From the human T2T-CHM13v2.0 reference genome, Homo sapiens: a DNA stretch of 64,000 bases. The DNA is taken from NCBI RefSeq assembly GCF_009914755.1, contig NC_060928.1; one strand, given 5' to 3'. Shown one piece after another: positions 1-13,440 of the stretch (position 1 is its first letter; each line of letters opens with the position of its first letter). The translations under genes were made by a program, and so were the position numbers. The notes below the pieces were generated by a model. It had not been told where the DNA came from. It ran no database searches and worked only from the letters and a program-made list of their open reading frames with translations.

Positions 1-779
1 GAGTATTCATTGTGTTAATCAATATATGCTGAAGTGGTAACTTTTGGAAGTAGAGGGAGGCTATGAGTTTAGAGAAAGTCATTGTCGGGAGTTATATCAA
101 GCGACAGCTTCTCTAAAGGTTTTTCGTTTTTGTTTGTCATGAGAGTAGATCAACTTTCTTCCTTCCTTCCTTTCTGAGTCTTTTGGGCTCTCTCTTAGCA
201 AGCACAAAGTAAGGAATGAAAAGAATAATTGAGAGACAATGGGGCTTACAAAGGGCGATCTTACACAGTTTACATATCATATAAATGTATGTCAGAAACT
301 CCTTAAAAATTGTCTTTTATTATTTTATTTCATCAAAGCAATTATATCTGTTAGTGTTTGATTAACCATAAGCAATCAAAAATGAATTTAACATCATGAC
401 ATACATATTGAACACAAACTTTCATACATTTAATTCAGTTGAGGATATTAAATATGGTTACAAAAATGAACTTATTTAATGCTATATTATATATTATGAT
501 CCTGCATTTTATGTTGTTTCAATTCAGTATTAAACTCTGTAATATTAAAAAATGTTTTACACTTCTATGTTTATTGTTTTTCAGTTTTCCCCATTGTAAC
601 TATGTAAATGTACATGGCATGTATGTTAAATGTACATATTTTACAAAGTTTTGTTGTATATATTACATATATAATAACATACATCACACATTACATATCA
701 CATGTTTGTTTTCTATTATATATCACATATTATATGCATTTGCTAAAACTTGTATTTCTCATACTACATGCCATGTTCT

Positions 780-1003
780 ATAGGAAACATTTTACAGTAT
801 TTATCTAATCTTCATGGCAGTCTTGTAGGGTAGAAAGCTACTATTATTTTCCCAAATTTTATAGGTAAGTATACTGAGGGAAAGAAAAATTGCATACATT
901 GGACAATATCACCCAGAATTCTAGAGGGAAATTAGGCATCAAACTCTAATTAGGCAGTCTGGCTTCAGAGTCTATGCTCTCACCCTTATTCTATACTATA
1001 CTG
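780..1003 (-). mobile_element. MIR SINE
   Basis: Reverse-orientation MIR core: ...ctattattttcccaaattttataggtaagtatactgagg...ggcagtctggcttcagagtctatgctctc resembles the recalled MIR consensus. Confidence 0.8.
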
Positions 1004-1776
1004 TATATGCACATTATAATCGCATAGACATATTAGTTTGATTGCAAGCCAATTTTAAAGTATGTATTTTAAGAGTTTATTTCTTAGATATAAATTTTTT
1101 TGAGAAAAATATTTGATGCAGTCTCTACAGCAGCTAAATAAATGTAAAACACTGAAAAAGTGTTACTTACGTATTTCTAAGTGGTTTAATAACTGATGTC
1201 TAGGCTAGCTTCTCTGTCAGTCACTTCAAGCAAGTTAACCTATGTTGTTAGGTCATGTAATCCGAAAGTAGTTAAATGAATTAATTTTTTTTCTCCAGTA
1301 AAAAGCCTAAGATATTTGTTTCTCCTTCTGGTGTCTATCTTATTTTATAAGAGGTAAACTCTTAAGAAGTAAGGTCTTTGAATCACTTTGAAAATTGGGA
1401 CTTGTCAATGTAAGTACTTTGAAATCACTGATAAGCCCACTTGTAGATTACTTCCATCTACATCAAAAGTCAATTAAGAATATTGAGCCTGGACAACAAA
1501 AGTGCCTCGTTCAGTATAAGAATAGTCCTATTTACTTCCTGAAGGACCTATTAAACATTTTCTGGTTCAGGATACCTACATTGGACAGTAGTTTGATATT
1601 TATTTGCTTGCTGGATTTCAATAGACATTTGACTTTTCTTATTGCGAAATTAATTAACATGTGCTTTTAGAATCATCTATCTATAATAAAATTCCAATAA
1701 TCCAGCATAATTGAGGCCTAGTGAAAACCATTAATGACGGAGTTAATATGTCATTATGTCATTAGAACTCTTTCTT

Positions 1777-2799
1777 TGACACAGGATTTTTCTGGGTCAC
1801 TTTGCCAGCCGGAAATCTCCAGCTGGTGACGACCCTGCCCAAGCCTTGCCAGGGCTCGAATTTGCCACAAGAGATACCCCGTCCACTCAGCCTACCAGAC
1901 TGCACCTGGCCTGCGCTCCAGGGCGATTCCCACAGCTACCCCAACTGTGTGCCCAGCTCCAAGCAGGAGTAAGTGTGTAAGCAAGAGAGTGCGGGGTCCA
2001 GCCGGCCATTCCAAGTGCAGACACAGGAGCTGGCTCCACGTAGGTCTTACGGCAGGGGTCCCCGCAACCCCAAAGCCCCGGGGTAGGTGTTACAGCCTGC
2101 TAATTAGGTCTTTTAGTCCCACTGTCTGCAGCCCCACGGACCGAGGCACATTAAGAGCTCTGCCCTTTGCTCCACTCCAGCCCATGGCTCTGAGGCTGGC
2201 TTAGCCCCGCCACTGCTTCCCGTTGCTTGGGGTGGCTGCCTTCTGCAGGCAGAGGGCAGAGGGCCACAGTGTTACAGCCTTGTTTGTACCCACATCCAGT
2301 GGATCCCGAGTTCTTGTCCCATGTCCATAAAGAATGAGGTTATGCAGACAATCAAAGGGTGAGGAGAGCAAGAAGAATTGTATAGAGCGATGAACAGCTC
2401 TCAGCAGAGAGGGCATGTGAGGGCGGTTCCTTACTCAAAGTCGGATGGTCTCTCTTGCAGTGTGGCTGGGTCCCGGGCTTCTGTGGGCTCAGAATTGGGA
2501 GTGCTTGCTGATTGGTTTATGAGCATGCAAAAAAGGATAAAACAAAGACACCACTCGAAAGTGGGCATGACAGTGTAAAAAACCAATTAGGAAAGGGTAG
2601 GTGCATGTAAAATAGATGAAGGGTGGGGATCAATCAGAGGAAAGCACACTAAATGGGAAGATGGGTTCTCAATCTGGTCCATGGATTTACCTGGGAATTG
2701 TAGCTAGGCTTTATTTAAACTGTCCTTAGCTTGAAAGTCAGGTTTCATCGGGAACCTGCCCTTGTCTTCCTAGGATTTTGCTGTTTCCTGCCACTATCA
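1777..2799 (-). mobile_element. Solo ERV1-class LTR, LTR28/MER52-like, ~1020 bp
   Basis: GC-rich island with TG...CA termini. The minus strand starts TGATAGTGGCAGGAAACAGC...GGTTCCCGATGAAACCTGACTTTCAAGC, as in this family. Flanks tctt/tcat match at 3 of 4 bases (possible TSD). Confidence 0.8.
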
Positions 2800-3359
2800 T
2801 CATCTCTAAATCTTGACATTTGATCATAATTGTTTTAGGATCAAAGTGTCCCAAAATGACATTTAATATGTAACTAAACTTCAGACACCTTCACAAGCCA
2901 GTAGTTTAGTAATTGTTAATGCAAGTTGCTCTTATATAGTTTAGATTATGTAGGTGACATTTATCAGTGGCCAGATTGAAGTTGTCACATTACAAATATA
3001 CATAGATGGCAAAGATTTTCTCACATGTAAGTTCCAAAGATTATGAATATTATCTATAATACATGCAAAGGAAAATCCTCAAATAATACTATTTTATGAT
3101 ATTTTCTTTTCATAACAGTTATAACTTAAAGGCATTTTAATTTCAGAAGTCAACTTTAACACTATCTCAAAATGTCAGGGAAAACCAGCAGATGTACAGT
3201 GACTGGCACATAGTAAACATCTGATAAGTATTTTTATTGTTTCTGTTCTTAATGATTTCGTTGCTGTTACTATCAATTCTATTTGCAAAAGCAAATAAAC
3301 AATAATTAGAAAAATCAGGAATAAGTACCTGTTCTTAATGTGCTTGAAAGCATTGATTT

Positions 3360-3476
3360 GTGGTGGTGGGTATGTTAACTAGCTTGATTTAATTCCACTG
3401 TGTAGTCATAAATTATAATATGATTTTGTACCCCATAAACGTATACAGTTATAAATTGTCAATTTACAATAAAAAA
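3360..3476 (+). mobile_element. L1MA-type 3' end fragment
   Basis: gggtatgttaactagcttgatttaattccac...gtaccccataaacgtatacag...tgtcaatttacaataaaaaa matches old L1 3' termini. Confidence 0.7.
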
Positions 3477-4307
3477 TGTGGATTTTTGTTTTCAATTTCA
3501 GTTAGCTAAGGTGAGAAGTCATCAAATTATTTCCCTTTGCCGAACAATTTTAAAACTCTCTGTACCTTCCTGCTTCCTACATATCAAAAATCTCAAACAT
3601 ACAGCTTATTTTTTCATTGAGTACTTTGAAACTACAAAGTATCAGAAAATATATGCTGTTAAAGCTCATTTGGTTTTCCAAAGAAAAATCTTCAAATATT
3701 CCACTTTATATTGACTACTATAGTAGTCAAACAGCCTCAAATCACTTAAATGATGCAATTCAGATATTTCACTTATTTTCACGATCATTTGTTCAGATAT
3801 TTTATGGTTCCCAAATGCAGCTACAATTTGTGTGTGTGTGTATGTGCATGTGGCTTCTTGGTATCACATCATATGAAGGACATTTTATTTAACTACATTA
3901 CAATATGATTTTAGTTTTCTTTTTTTCCCACATGATTACATTATTATCCAAATTCTAGGAGTTATGTCATGACTACAGACATGTAAAATATTTAAAATAT
4001 TTTTTATGTTTTGCTCACTGTTGCTAAATTTATTACTGAATAAGGAGTTTACAAATTACTAATGGAAAATACTAAATAAAATATATATTGTTGTAAGGGT
4101 ACAAATTATTTGACTTCTAGAATACAGTCTGTCCCCATCAAAATGCTGTAGTGCAAGCATCAATTCATACTTCAGTCTAACAAGATGTATTACAAAATGC
4201 CTTGTCACAGCTAATGAATCTTTGGACCATCTGGTTTGCTCTATGTTATCAAAAGTCACCAAGATATCTATTTTTTCAGCAAGTCATCAAGATACAGATG
4301 CCAGGTT

Positions 4308-5180
4308 ATCATTCTTTCATTTGTTCACCACCAGATACTCTTTGGTGTCTACCACATTACAATTACTGTTCTGGGTACTTGGGATGCATCACTGAACAAA
4401 ACAGAATTTAAAAATTCTTGCCTTGTGGAGCTTACATAAACAGCATAACGGACAATAAATTGCATAGTAAACTATAAGGTTATGAGTGTCACTGATGAGG
4501 AATAAATGGAGCAGGATAAATTTTATGAGATATACCAGTCTGTGAGGGGGTGGGGCAGGTCATAATTTTAAATAGGTTGGTGAAGATGTGGACTCAAAGA
4601 GAATTCTATTTGTCCAAAGACTTGAAAGAGGAGAAGACACTAGCTATGTGGATATCTGAGAAAAGTTCTTCTCAGACAGAGGGGGCATCCAAAGCAAGAG
4701 ATTTGTGACTGGGACATATATGGAATATTTTAGGTACATCAAGGAAGTGATATAGGTTAATTGGTGATTAAGGGAGGGAATAGTGGGAGAGGAAGTCAGA
4801 AAGGAAATTGCATGTCCAACTGTGAGGAAATCCTGTAGATCACCGTGAGGGTCTTGGCTTTTACTTGGAGTGAAGTATGAAGGCTTTGGAGGATTTTGAG
4901 CAGAGAGTTGGCCTGTCTTATGGTTTTATAACAGTTTGTTTTTTAATTGATACATAAATCATTCTGGACATTGTATTGAAAATGGTTTGTAGTAGTATAA
5001 GAATAAGAGCAAATTGACTAGCTTAAAAGGCTTGGCCAGGACAACAGCATTAGAGTAGCAGTGGAGATTATGAGGTGGAAGGATTTTTGATAATATTTGG
5101 TGGCTTGGAAATAGGGTGTGAGAGAAAAATAAAGTACAGGATGACACAGTTTTTGGTGTCATTAAATTAAGGAGTGAAAT
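4308..5180 (-). mobile_element. L2 LINE 3' portion
   Basis: Starts with the reverse L2 tail (cattctttcatttgttca...), then ctgaacaaaacag...ccttgtggagcttaca and purine-rich L2 body motifs. Confidence 0.75.
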
Positions 5181-5268
5181 GTTAAAGGTTTCTGAACTAA
5201 AAGATGCCACACCACCAAACTCCTTATACCAAATAATAGATAATAACATGTATTTGGAAAATGGTATT

Positions 5269-5573
5269 GGCCTGGTGCAGTGGCTCATGCCTGTAATCCC
5301 AGCATTTTGGGAGACTGAGGCGGGCAGATCATTTGAGGTCAGGACTTCGAGACCAGCCTGGATAACACAGTGAAACCCCGTCTTTACTAAAAATTCAAAA
5401 CTTAGCCAGGCATCCTGGCAGGCACCGGTAATCCCAGCTACTCCAGAGGCTAAGGCAGCAAAATTGCTTGAACCCGGGAGATGGAGGCTGCAGTGAACCA
5501 AGACAGTGCCACTGCAACTCCAGTCTGGGTGAAAGAGTGAGACTTTCTCTCAAAAAAAAAAAAAAAAAAAAAA
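5269..5573 (+). mobile_element. Alu, AluS-type, full length
   Basis: Dimeric Alu with poly(A) tail. Perfect 13-bp TSD ggaaaatggtatt at 5256-5268 and 5574-5586. Confidence 0.97.
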
Positions 5574-7559
5574 GGAAAATGGTATTGACTTCTCTCAGAG
5601 ATTTGCCAATGTTCATTTTGTTTAAATACTAGATATTATATTTTATTAGCCTTTTGAAGATGTGCTATTTTTCTTTGGTCCAGATTAGCAACTAACTAAT
5701 TAACTGGTAAGATTTCCATATGATTTTTGTCTAGGTTTTATAACTCCATGAGAACATTGATTGCAGGCTAAAGTAGTTTCATTGAGACTGTCTGTTTAAA
5801 ATGTGTAAATTACACCATCAAGCTAAGTGGAGAAAATACAACTTTAATTTGCATGGTAACCAATACATTTGAACTTCAGTAGGAAGATGTATTGAATGTA
5901 TGTTTTAAATTTAAATTCTGATAATATATTCTTCTTGAAGCACACCGCTGCTTATGTCATAATATATGTGACTTACTTACTGCATAGGTAAATATTTTAA
6001 AAAGTGCTTTGGAACCAGATATTTCTGGAGATTTTGTTTTCCTGCTTGAAACCATCTTGGTAAATTACATTAGTTTTAGTCTTATGAATGGCATTTCATA
6101 ACACTAAACTTAGTATTATGAAATGTCATTATAAATTACAATAAAATGGCAAATAAGATAAAATAGAATGTATTAAAGTGGAATAAACTAAAAACATTCT
6201 TATTCCCACATAATCAGAACTATTGTCTATTTTTATAAACAAGTTAGAAAAAATATCTTTAAAAATCTAGTGAAACTTACATGAGAGGGTTTCCAATCGA
6301 ATATACTTTCTAGGGGACTACTAATATCCATATAATTTAGTCTGGAAGTCTGTTAATTTCCTGTTTGAAGGGTATAACGCCATTTAAAATATTTTATAAA
6401 ATCTTAGAGTATTCTTTCCCATTTTCTCTGTCACTGTTTATATGAACAATAAATTTTGTGAGACAACCTTTCCCAGGGATCAATTTGTATAAAAAGGAAA
6501 CAAAAAGTAAAATTTATATATATACATATATTCCTTTTTGCTTTTTTCCTCAACAGAGCTCACACAGCTTTATTTTATACTTTCCCCATCTGTTTGGCTC
6601 AATTCTGGGCACTGGTATGTTTAAAGCAAGTGATAGTGTTTGCCCAACAGAAGTCTGTAGTCAACAACCTCATTTCTATTTCTGTCTTCTAGAACTGGGC
6701 CAGAGAGTTTTGCTTAAGATAAAAAGACGTTGTGTTTTGCCTATCTTTTTATCTGCATAGGCAACTCCAAAATTACACATAAGAACATTATCCAAGAGTA
6801 TGAAGAAGATTAAGAGAGGAAAGAGGAAAATATTTCTTTCTTTAGGCCAGTGGCTAATTCAATTAGCAGGGAACTTAATAACTAGGGACAAAAACTTCTC
6901 TATGGAACCACTAACATAACTACACATGTCTGAAAATAGCCATCATAATCTGTACTTCTATGGCTTCTAGCAAGAAAAACTTCACCTACCAATATAGTTT
7001 CATATTTATGTAATTTTAAAGGACAATTTTGGATTGCACATATTTCATAGCATTTTAAATTTAGATTACTTTAATCAATTATTAAAATTATGATTCCCTA
7101 ATGTATATGTAATATTCAGATTATTATCAAGTATGCATTATGTTTCTTTTCCCACATGAGCTTTCAAATGTAGTTTTTATAATCTATGTATTATAAAACA
7201 TAATACATATTATGATATGTATTACATAATCGATGTATTATGTATTTCTTTTACTTCTGCCCACATGGTACATAGGCACTAATCTATTTAGTCATTCAGT
7301 ATATTTTTGGATGTCATTCTTAATGTCGTTAATGTCATTCCCTTTGTGACTTATGCTATTCCATCCAGTATCAATGTGTGCTGGGTTATGTTTTTCTATG
7401 TATCAGCCTCCTGATTTATAATTTACATCACTAATTCTTACTTGTCTTCTCTTAGATCTCAAATAACTTTTGATCATTTCCATTTCCAGCTTTCTTTATC
7501 TCCCCCTTTTCTCAATTTAAATTATGTAACCAGTCTTTCATCTACGTTTATCTACGTCT

Positions 7560-8600
7560 CAACTCTTGAGAAATTGCTTCTCATTCCCTGAAAATTCATC
7601 TTTCATTCAGGTCTCTCTCCTTGGTTTAGACATCTTCTTTTCTTTTTCTTTGTCAGCTGATTATTAGGCATAAGTGCTTAGACAGCTCAGAGACACATTA
7701 ACATTAGCAATACAGAAAAAAAGCTATTGTTGTTTTACCCCAGTCATTTTTCCTTTCCTGTTTTTAGTCTTTGTGCCATAACCCAAGGCTTCCACACTGA
7801 CTATTTGATCTCTCTCTCTCTGTTCATACTACATTCAAAGCTCAGTCAGGTCTACTTCTTAAATATCTCTGGAATCTTATGTTTGCCCTGCTCTTTTTCC
7901 AGTCCCCAAGACTATCTTCTTTGCCCTGGGCTATGTGACAGGATACTAATATATTTTCTGTTTTTTGTCTAATCCCCATTTAATCTATCCTTCATATAGT
8001 AATCTAAGTCCTCTCTAAACAAAACAAATCTGATGTCACTTTCCTCCTTAATTTCATTCTTAAAGTTTAAATCTCTACTCATACAAACTAGTGTCTGCTT
8101 ATCCTGTAAATCTTCCAGTGTCTCATGTTCTAGCCCACCCTTACCTCTCCAGCATCATATCCCACCATCAGCTACATTTTCCTCCTTCTTTGCCCCTTTA
8201 TCCCACCACACATGCCTCAATATTTTAGATTCCAGCTCTCACCCTACCAGTTTAAAATCTATATAAATGCACTTGAATATTTTATTTCTCAAATGATTTT
8301 CTCGAATCCCTGGACCTTTCTGCAGCCTGTTCCCTCTTCCTAACACACTCTCCTCACCCACTTCCGGCCTTGCCTGGGCATTTCTCTTTGTTCTTTTCTA
8401 TTTTGTTTATATGATTTTTCCTCTAGACAAGTTGTCCTCAACTCTCTTCCAACCAGTCTATAGTAGGTGCTCTTCATTTCCCATGACATCTGTGTTAACA
8501 ACTAGCTGCAACAATTTCAACCTTAATGCAATTGTCTTTTTACTTGTTTTCACCTCTTTCTCCCATAAGAGTTTTTATTATCATTGCACATGGATTTATT
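7560..8600 (+). mobile_element. L2 LINE fragments
   Basis: Pyrimidine-rich L2-like motifs (ctacttcttaaatatctctggaatc; aaaacaaatctgatgtcacttcctcctt; tgttccctcttcctaacac). Confidence 0.65.
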
Positions 8601-8799
8601 TTTGAGATTCTTTTTTTAACCATTCAGGTCATTATATATCATCTGTTATTGGGCCTATTATATTTGTTAAATTTATACTATAAATCATGGTGCAATTAGA
8701 TAGATAGACACATTCATTAAATAAATCATAAATATTTTTTGATGGGATTTTTTATGCTGACAAATTTTCTACTTTATAAGATAGTAGATTATAGCCATG

Positions 8800-9350
8800 A
8801 TGAATGATTATAAAATTCATCAGTAATTTGTTTGTGAAGACAGACACCATAAATATTTAGATGGTTTTAATATGTACTTTTCAAATTGCTTTCCAGAAAC
8901 AATATTCCAATTTGAAAGATCAACTATTACATAAGCATGTACTCGATTGACTGTTCTTTCAGAACAGGAGGGGTTATAATTATTTTTTAAATATTAGCTA
9001 AATGGGCAGTACAAAATGTTATAGAATTTTAATTTTTTTCTGAATTTAGAGGATGAGTACATATTTCACCTGCTTTCTCTCCCATTTGCATTTCTTCATT
9101 AGCCTATTGTCTATTTATCTACTGGATTTTAGAGTGGTACTTCTACATTTTGTAACTAATTTATGTATTAAGGGCAACAGCTTTCTTCTGTTTTTTGTGC
9201 ACTAAAATCTGTCCTGAATATTTACCTTGCATTTGATACTTTGGCTTATATTTATATGCAGAAGTTTAATTTCTGTGTGCTTATGTGACTATATATATAT
9301 ATTTAAATCAAAATAATTTTGATTTTACCCATTTTCTTGAAATGAATAAA
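8800..9350 (-). mobile_element. Old L1M (L1ME-like) fragment
   Basis: caaattgctttccagaaa...ccatttgcatttcttc...gcagaagtttaatt resemble reverse L1 ORF2/3' sequence. Confidence 0.5.
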
Positions 9351-10179
9351 TTCCTCCTTTATGTAAAATTTCATAAACATCATTATGATTATCTCTTATT
9401 TTTAATTTAACATTTTCATTTAATTATTTAATGCACTTAATATATTATTTAAAGGCTATTTCTTCTATAATGTTTTCCCTTTTTTCTGGTTTCTAGTCAC
9501 ATGGGAGTGCTCAGTATTTGAAAATAAATCAAATATGATTGGCGAATTTTTCTTACCAGATTTTCCTTAGTAAATGTAATATTTCAAAAATTATTTTTAA
9601 ACAACCAATACTCTAAAAATGTTAATATATTGGAGACCATAGGAAATCATTAAGGATTTGCACTATTATTACTTTAAAATATCCAAATTTTAATGTATAA
9701 GCATATAAAGCATATATAATAAAGTAGTAATGTATAATGAAAGGTCATACATCAGTAAAAGTGCATAGAGAGCCTGACATATTAAAACTTCCCTATGTAA
9801 AATAATGTCTACTTTAAAAGAAGTTAGACTGCATTAAAAGGCATTTATAGGAGTTGAAATAGAAATAATCATTAAACACGACTGAAAACATTTACAAACT
9901 CTCATATAAGTCATAATATATCAAACTAATTTTTATTAAAATATTTCTATAGTTTTATGATAATCTAAAAGAATTAGAAGTCTGTATACATATTAAATAA
10001 TAAAATTTCTTTTATAAGTTAAAATATTGTTTAATGTTTTAAAAACTAAAAGGACACTATCAAAAATATTACAGTATTAAAATTTGTAAAAGTGTTTGTA
10101 TACATAGAGTAATGTGTACATATACATGGACACACACACACACAAATATATATAACCGGAGTGATTTCAAGTAAAAATG

Positions 10180-10315
10180 CATGCTATTTCTGCTTTATTC
10201 TTCTATCTATTAGAAGCAAGTTATTAAGACCAGTTCACACTTAGGGAAAGGCAGATTACATTCCCACATATGAAAATGGAAATATTGAAGAATTTCTGGA
10301 TGTATTTTAAAATAG
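10180..10315 (-). mobile_element. MaLR LTR fragment, MLT1F-like 5' end
   Basis: ctattagaagcaagttattaagaccagttcacacttagggaaagg...gaagaatttctggatgtattttaaaa is the reverse of an MLT1F-type start. Confidence 0.65.
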
Positions 10316-10679
10316 TCTCAGAAAGAAAGAGTGAAAGAAAGAGAAAGAAAAACGAAGGAACCAGGGAAGGACAGAAAATATTTCCAGCACTCTGACAATG
10401 TGTTTAGATATAAAATATCTATGAAAATATGAAAAACTACAGTAGTTTTGGAAAAAGTCTGATAAATCTCTGAGGGAAGTGACTAAATTATTTCTGTAAA
10501 TCAATGCCATATTTTAAAGCACTAATATGTAAGGAAATACGAATATGAGATGACTGATATAACATTTTCCGCAGGGAACATATTGGTGACAGCCATAATT
10601 TATTCATTCAGCAATTGTATGATAAATGTTAAGATAAACGAAATGAGGCAAGGTAAGGTGTAGCAAGTTCTTATGGTTT

Positions 10680-11790
10680 TATTTGAGTTAAAATAATTAA
10701 ACAAGACCTCTCTGATTAGCTGATATGTAAGCAGAGACTGAAATAAAATGACAGATCAAGCCATGCAAATATCTACATAAGGATTGCTCAAGCTATGTGA
10801 AGAGTAAGTCCAAATACTCAAAAGCTAGAATCTGTTTTGTTTGTTCAGAGAAGCAAAAGTAGAGAGGAAGAACTGGAACAAAGTAAATAATATGATAAAA
10901 TCGCATAAAGATTAAATCAGAGGAGCGATGGCAGAGGGAGACAGTCACCCTTGCTTTGAATGAGTGAAGAAAAGTGACATGACTAGGTAAAATGTGAAGC
11001 CTCATAAGAACTGGGAACAGCTGTGATGATGTGACCTGATTCATGTCAAAGGATCACTCTTGCTATTGTCTCTAGAATAGATTTTCAGAGACCGAAAGGA
11101 AACCAAGGAGACCAGTTGGGGTACTATTGCCAGATTCCAAGTAAGAAATGGTATTGCCTTTGACAAGGAAGCAGTAAAAAGTGGTTGTATCCTGAAAGGG
11201 TTTCTCAGTTAAGAGCAAAATTTATCTATAAATTGATGTAACTGAAATACGAGAAGATAAGAGGAAATTTAGAGGAATGTCAAAATTTTCATATTAGGTA
11301 CATTGAGTATGAGACACTTATTTTGTACAAAATTTGATATATGAGCAAACTAGTTAAATATATGATTCTATAGTTTAGAAGAGAATTCCCACTGGGATTA
11401 AAAACATCTGGAGCCATCATCATTTAGCTAGTTAATACCTCTGGGACTAGATGAAATAAAAGAATGGGTAAATGCAAAAAAAACAACAGTTTCAGGGACT
11501 TAGTTCATAACTTACGGCTGAAAAAGATGAGGGACTATTCATAAAGGTTATTGGGACAATGAAGCAAGAAACTTAGAGATGGTGGTAGCCTGAGACCAAG
11601 TGAAAAAAAAAAAAGTGTTGCAATAAGGAAGGAGTAAGGACTTGGTCCAATGCTACGCATAGTTTGAGGAAAATGAGGTTGACGATTTAAATATTGTCTT
11701 TTCTGTTATGATGGTAGCCAAAACAGAATACACTGGTGCGTATTCAAGAGAGAAAGGAAGGAAAGTTAGTGGAAATAGCTAGGGAACAGA
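10680..11790 (-). mobile_element. L2 LINE fragments
   Basis: ggatcactcttgctattgtctctagaatagat...ggagaccagttggggtactattgc and agaccaagtgaaaaa are typical of reverse L2. Confidence 0.7.
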
Positions 11791-12325
11791 ATATTATAAT
11801 ACTATTCAGTTCTTCATTATAGAATGAACTAGCTCTTCATGATATGATATCGAGAAAAGTTGAAGTAAAAGGTTTATGTGAAAAAATGCAGAGTATTTTG
11901 TGGATATTTTTATCCCATTTGTCTGGGAAACACAGTGGTGGAAATAATTTTTTAATATATACATATTTATATCTAATTAATAAGAAGTGGTTGGACGTCT
12001 GGGTACCAAACTGTTAACATTTGTTTTTTAGGGGTAGGAGTCGTAGGATAGGAGAGAAGAAGAAGCAGTATTTGTTTTTTGCTTGTTTGTTGGTTTGTTA
12101 AATTTACCTCCTTTTTATCTGCCTGTTTTTATAGAATGTGCATGATCTTCCATCTTCAAAGTAGAAACTGATGTAGGGTAAATGTACAGGTAAAATATAC
12201 TAGAAGAACATTTATTTCATCTTTCATTTGGCTGACAATATTTAGTTGGCTAGGCAATATACTAGAGACACAGTGATGAACAAGACAAACGTAGTTTCTT
12301 TCTTCCTGAATTCAACATTCTAGAT

Positions 12326-12491
12326 CAGTGGTTGTCTACCCTGGCCACATTTTAGAATTGAATAATCCTGCTGCATAGAGTCTTTCAAGAGCAATTGAAA
12401 TGAAGTCTGGGAGTGGAAGTCCAGGCATCTGTATTTTTTTGAAAAAGCTCACTATACAATTCTGTCACACAACAAAGATTGAGTATCACTG
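12326..12491. mobile_element. MER5 (hAT-Charlie) MITE, MER5B-like, inserted at an L2 fragment
   Basis: Terminal inverted repeats cagtggttgtc...gagtatcactg, with internal ccaggcatctgtatttttttgaaaaagctc. Confidence 0.75.
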
Positions 12492-12667
12492 CCCAAAGAA
12501 ATGTTTAAGGTGTTTAGAGAATATACCCAACCTGCAAGAACAATATTTTGGAGAGAAATCTAACATTCTTTCTCTATAACCTTACCCAAATTCACTCAAA
12601 GATGTAAATAAATACCTCAAAGTGTTTAACACATTCCTGCTTCTATTAATCACATGTATTTTTGCAT

Positions 12668-12745
12668 ACTTTTTTTGTTATGGTAAAAAATGCAAGACAC
12701 AAAATTTACCACTTTAACCATTCTTAGGTGCACGGTTCAGTAAAC
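12668..12745 (-). mobile_element. L1MB-type 3' end fragment
   Basis: ttatggtaaaaaatgcaagacacaaaatttaccactttaaccattcttaggtgcacggttcagt. Confidence 0.6.
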
Positions 12746-13095
12746 ATTCTATTTATGGTAACAACATTTAACAAATGTTAACAACCACCAAAAAACTATA
12801 GGTTAAGTTTGTTGGTGTGTTTTTGTGTGTTTGGTTTTGCCTATCAGTAATTTTGCTCAGTTCTCACTAGTTAATAAACTGCATGAAATCACACTATTAC
12901 TATAAGTTATAAACAAATTTCTACAAAATGGTTATTTTATTAATATAATTCATACAGACACAGTCCTTTTAGATTTTGATGAAGCACTTTGGTAATAAAA
13001 TTACCATTAATTTACAAAAAGTATGAACCAGAAATTATCATTTCGCAGGTCTCATAGTTTAAAGGGTTCACAGGACTCATCATCTCCAAATCACC

Positions 13096-13440
13096 TGTCT
13101 TAGTCAGTTCATGGCTGCTATACCACAGACAAGATGGTTTATGAATAGCAGACATTTTTTTTCACTGTCCTGAAGGCTGGAAATAGGAGATGAGGGTGAC
13201 AGCGTGGTCGCATTCTGAAGAGGGTGATCGTACAGGTTGCAGTCTGAGGACTTGTCCCCTCACGTGGTGGAATGAGAGTGAAAAAACTATCTGGGGTTTC
13301 TTTTTCTAAAGGTACTCATCTCATTCAGGAAGCCTCCACTCTCATGATTAAATTATATCCCAAAGTCTCCACATCCAAATATCACCACACTGGGGATAGC
13401 TGTTTTAACAAATTTTGGAGAGACACATTCAGTTCATAAA
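13096..13440 (-). mobile_element. MaLR solo LTR, MLT1A0-like, apparently interrupting a MIR
   Basis: tgtcttagtcagttcatggctgctata...gaaggctggaa...cctccactctcatga...acattcagttcata. MIR-like sequence lies on both flanks. Confidence 0.8.

Noticed and set aside
439-808. Overlapping ORFs rich in I/Y/H/F
   Set aside because: They arise from AT/TA-rich low-complexity sequence.
1947-2578. GC-rich ORFs suggesting a gene or CpG island
   Set aside because: They lie entirely within the solo LTR. The same applies to the ORFs at 15833-16455.
4959-5501. Longest ORF, 180 aa on the minus strand
   Set aside because: The N-terminal part is an antisense Alu translation and the rest runs through AT-rich and L2 sequence. 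No domain is recognisable.
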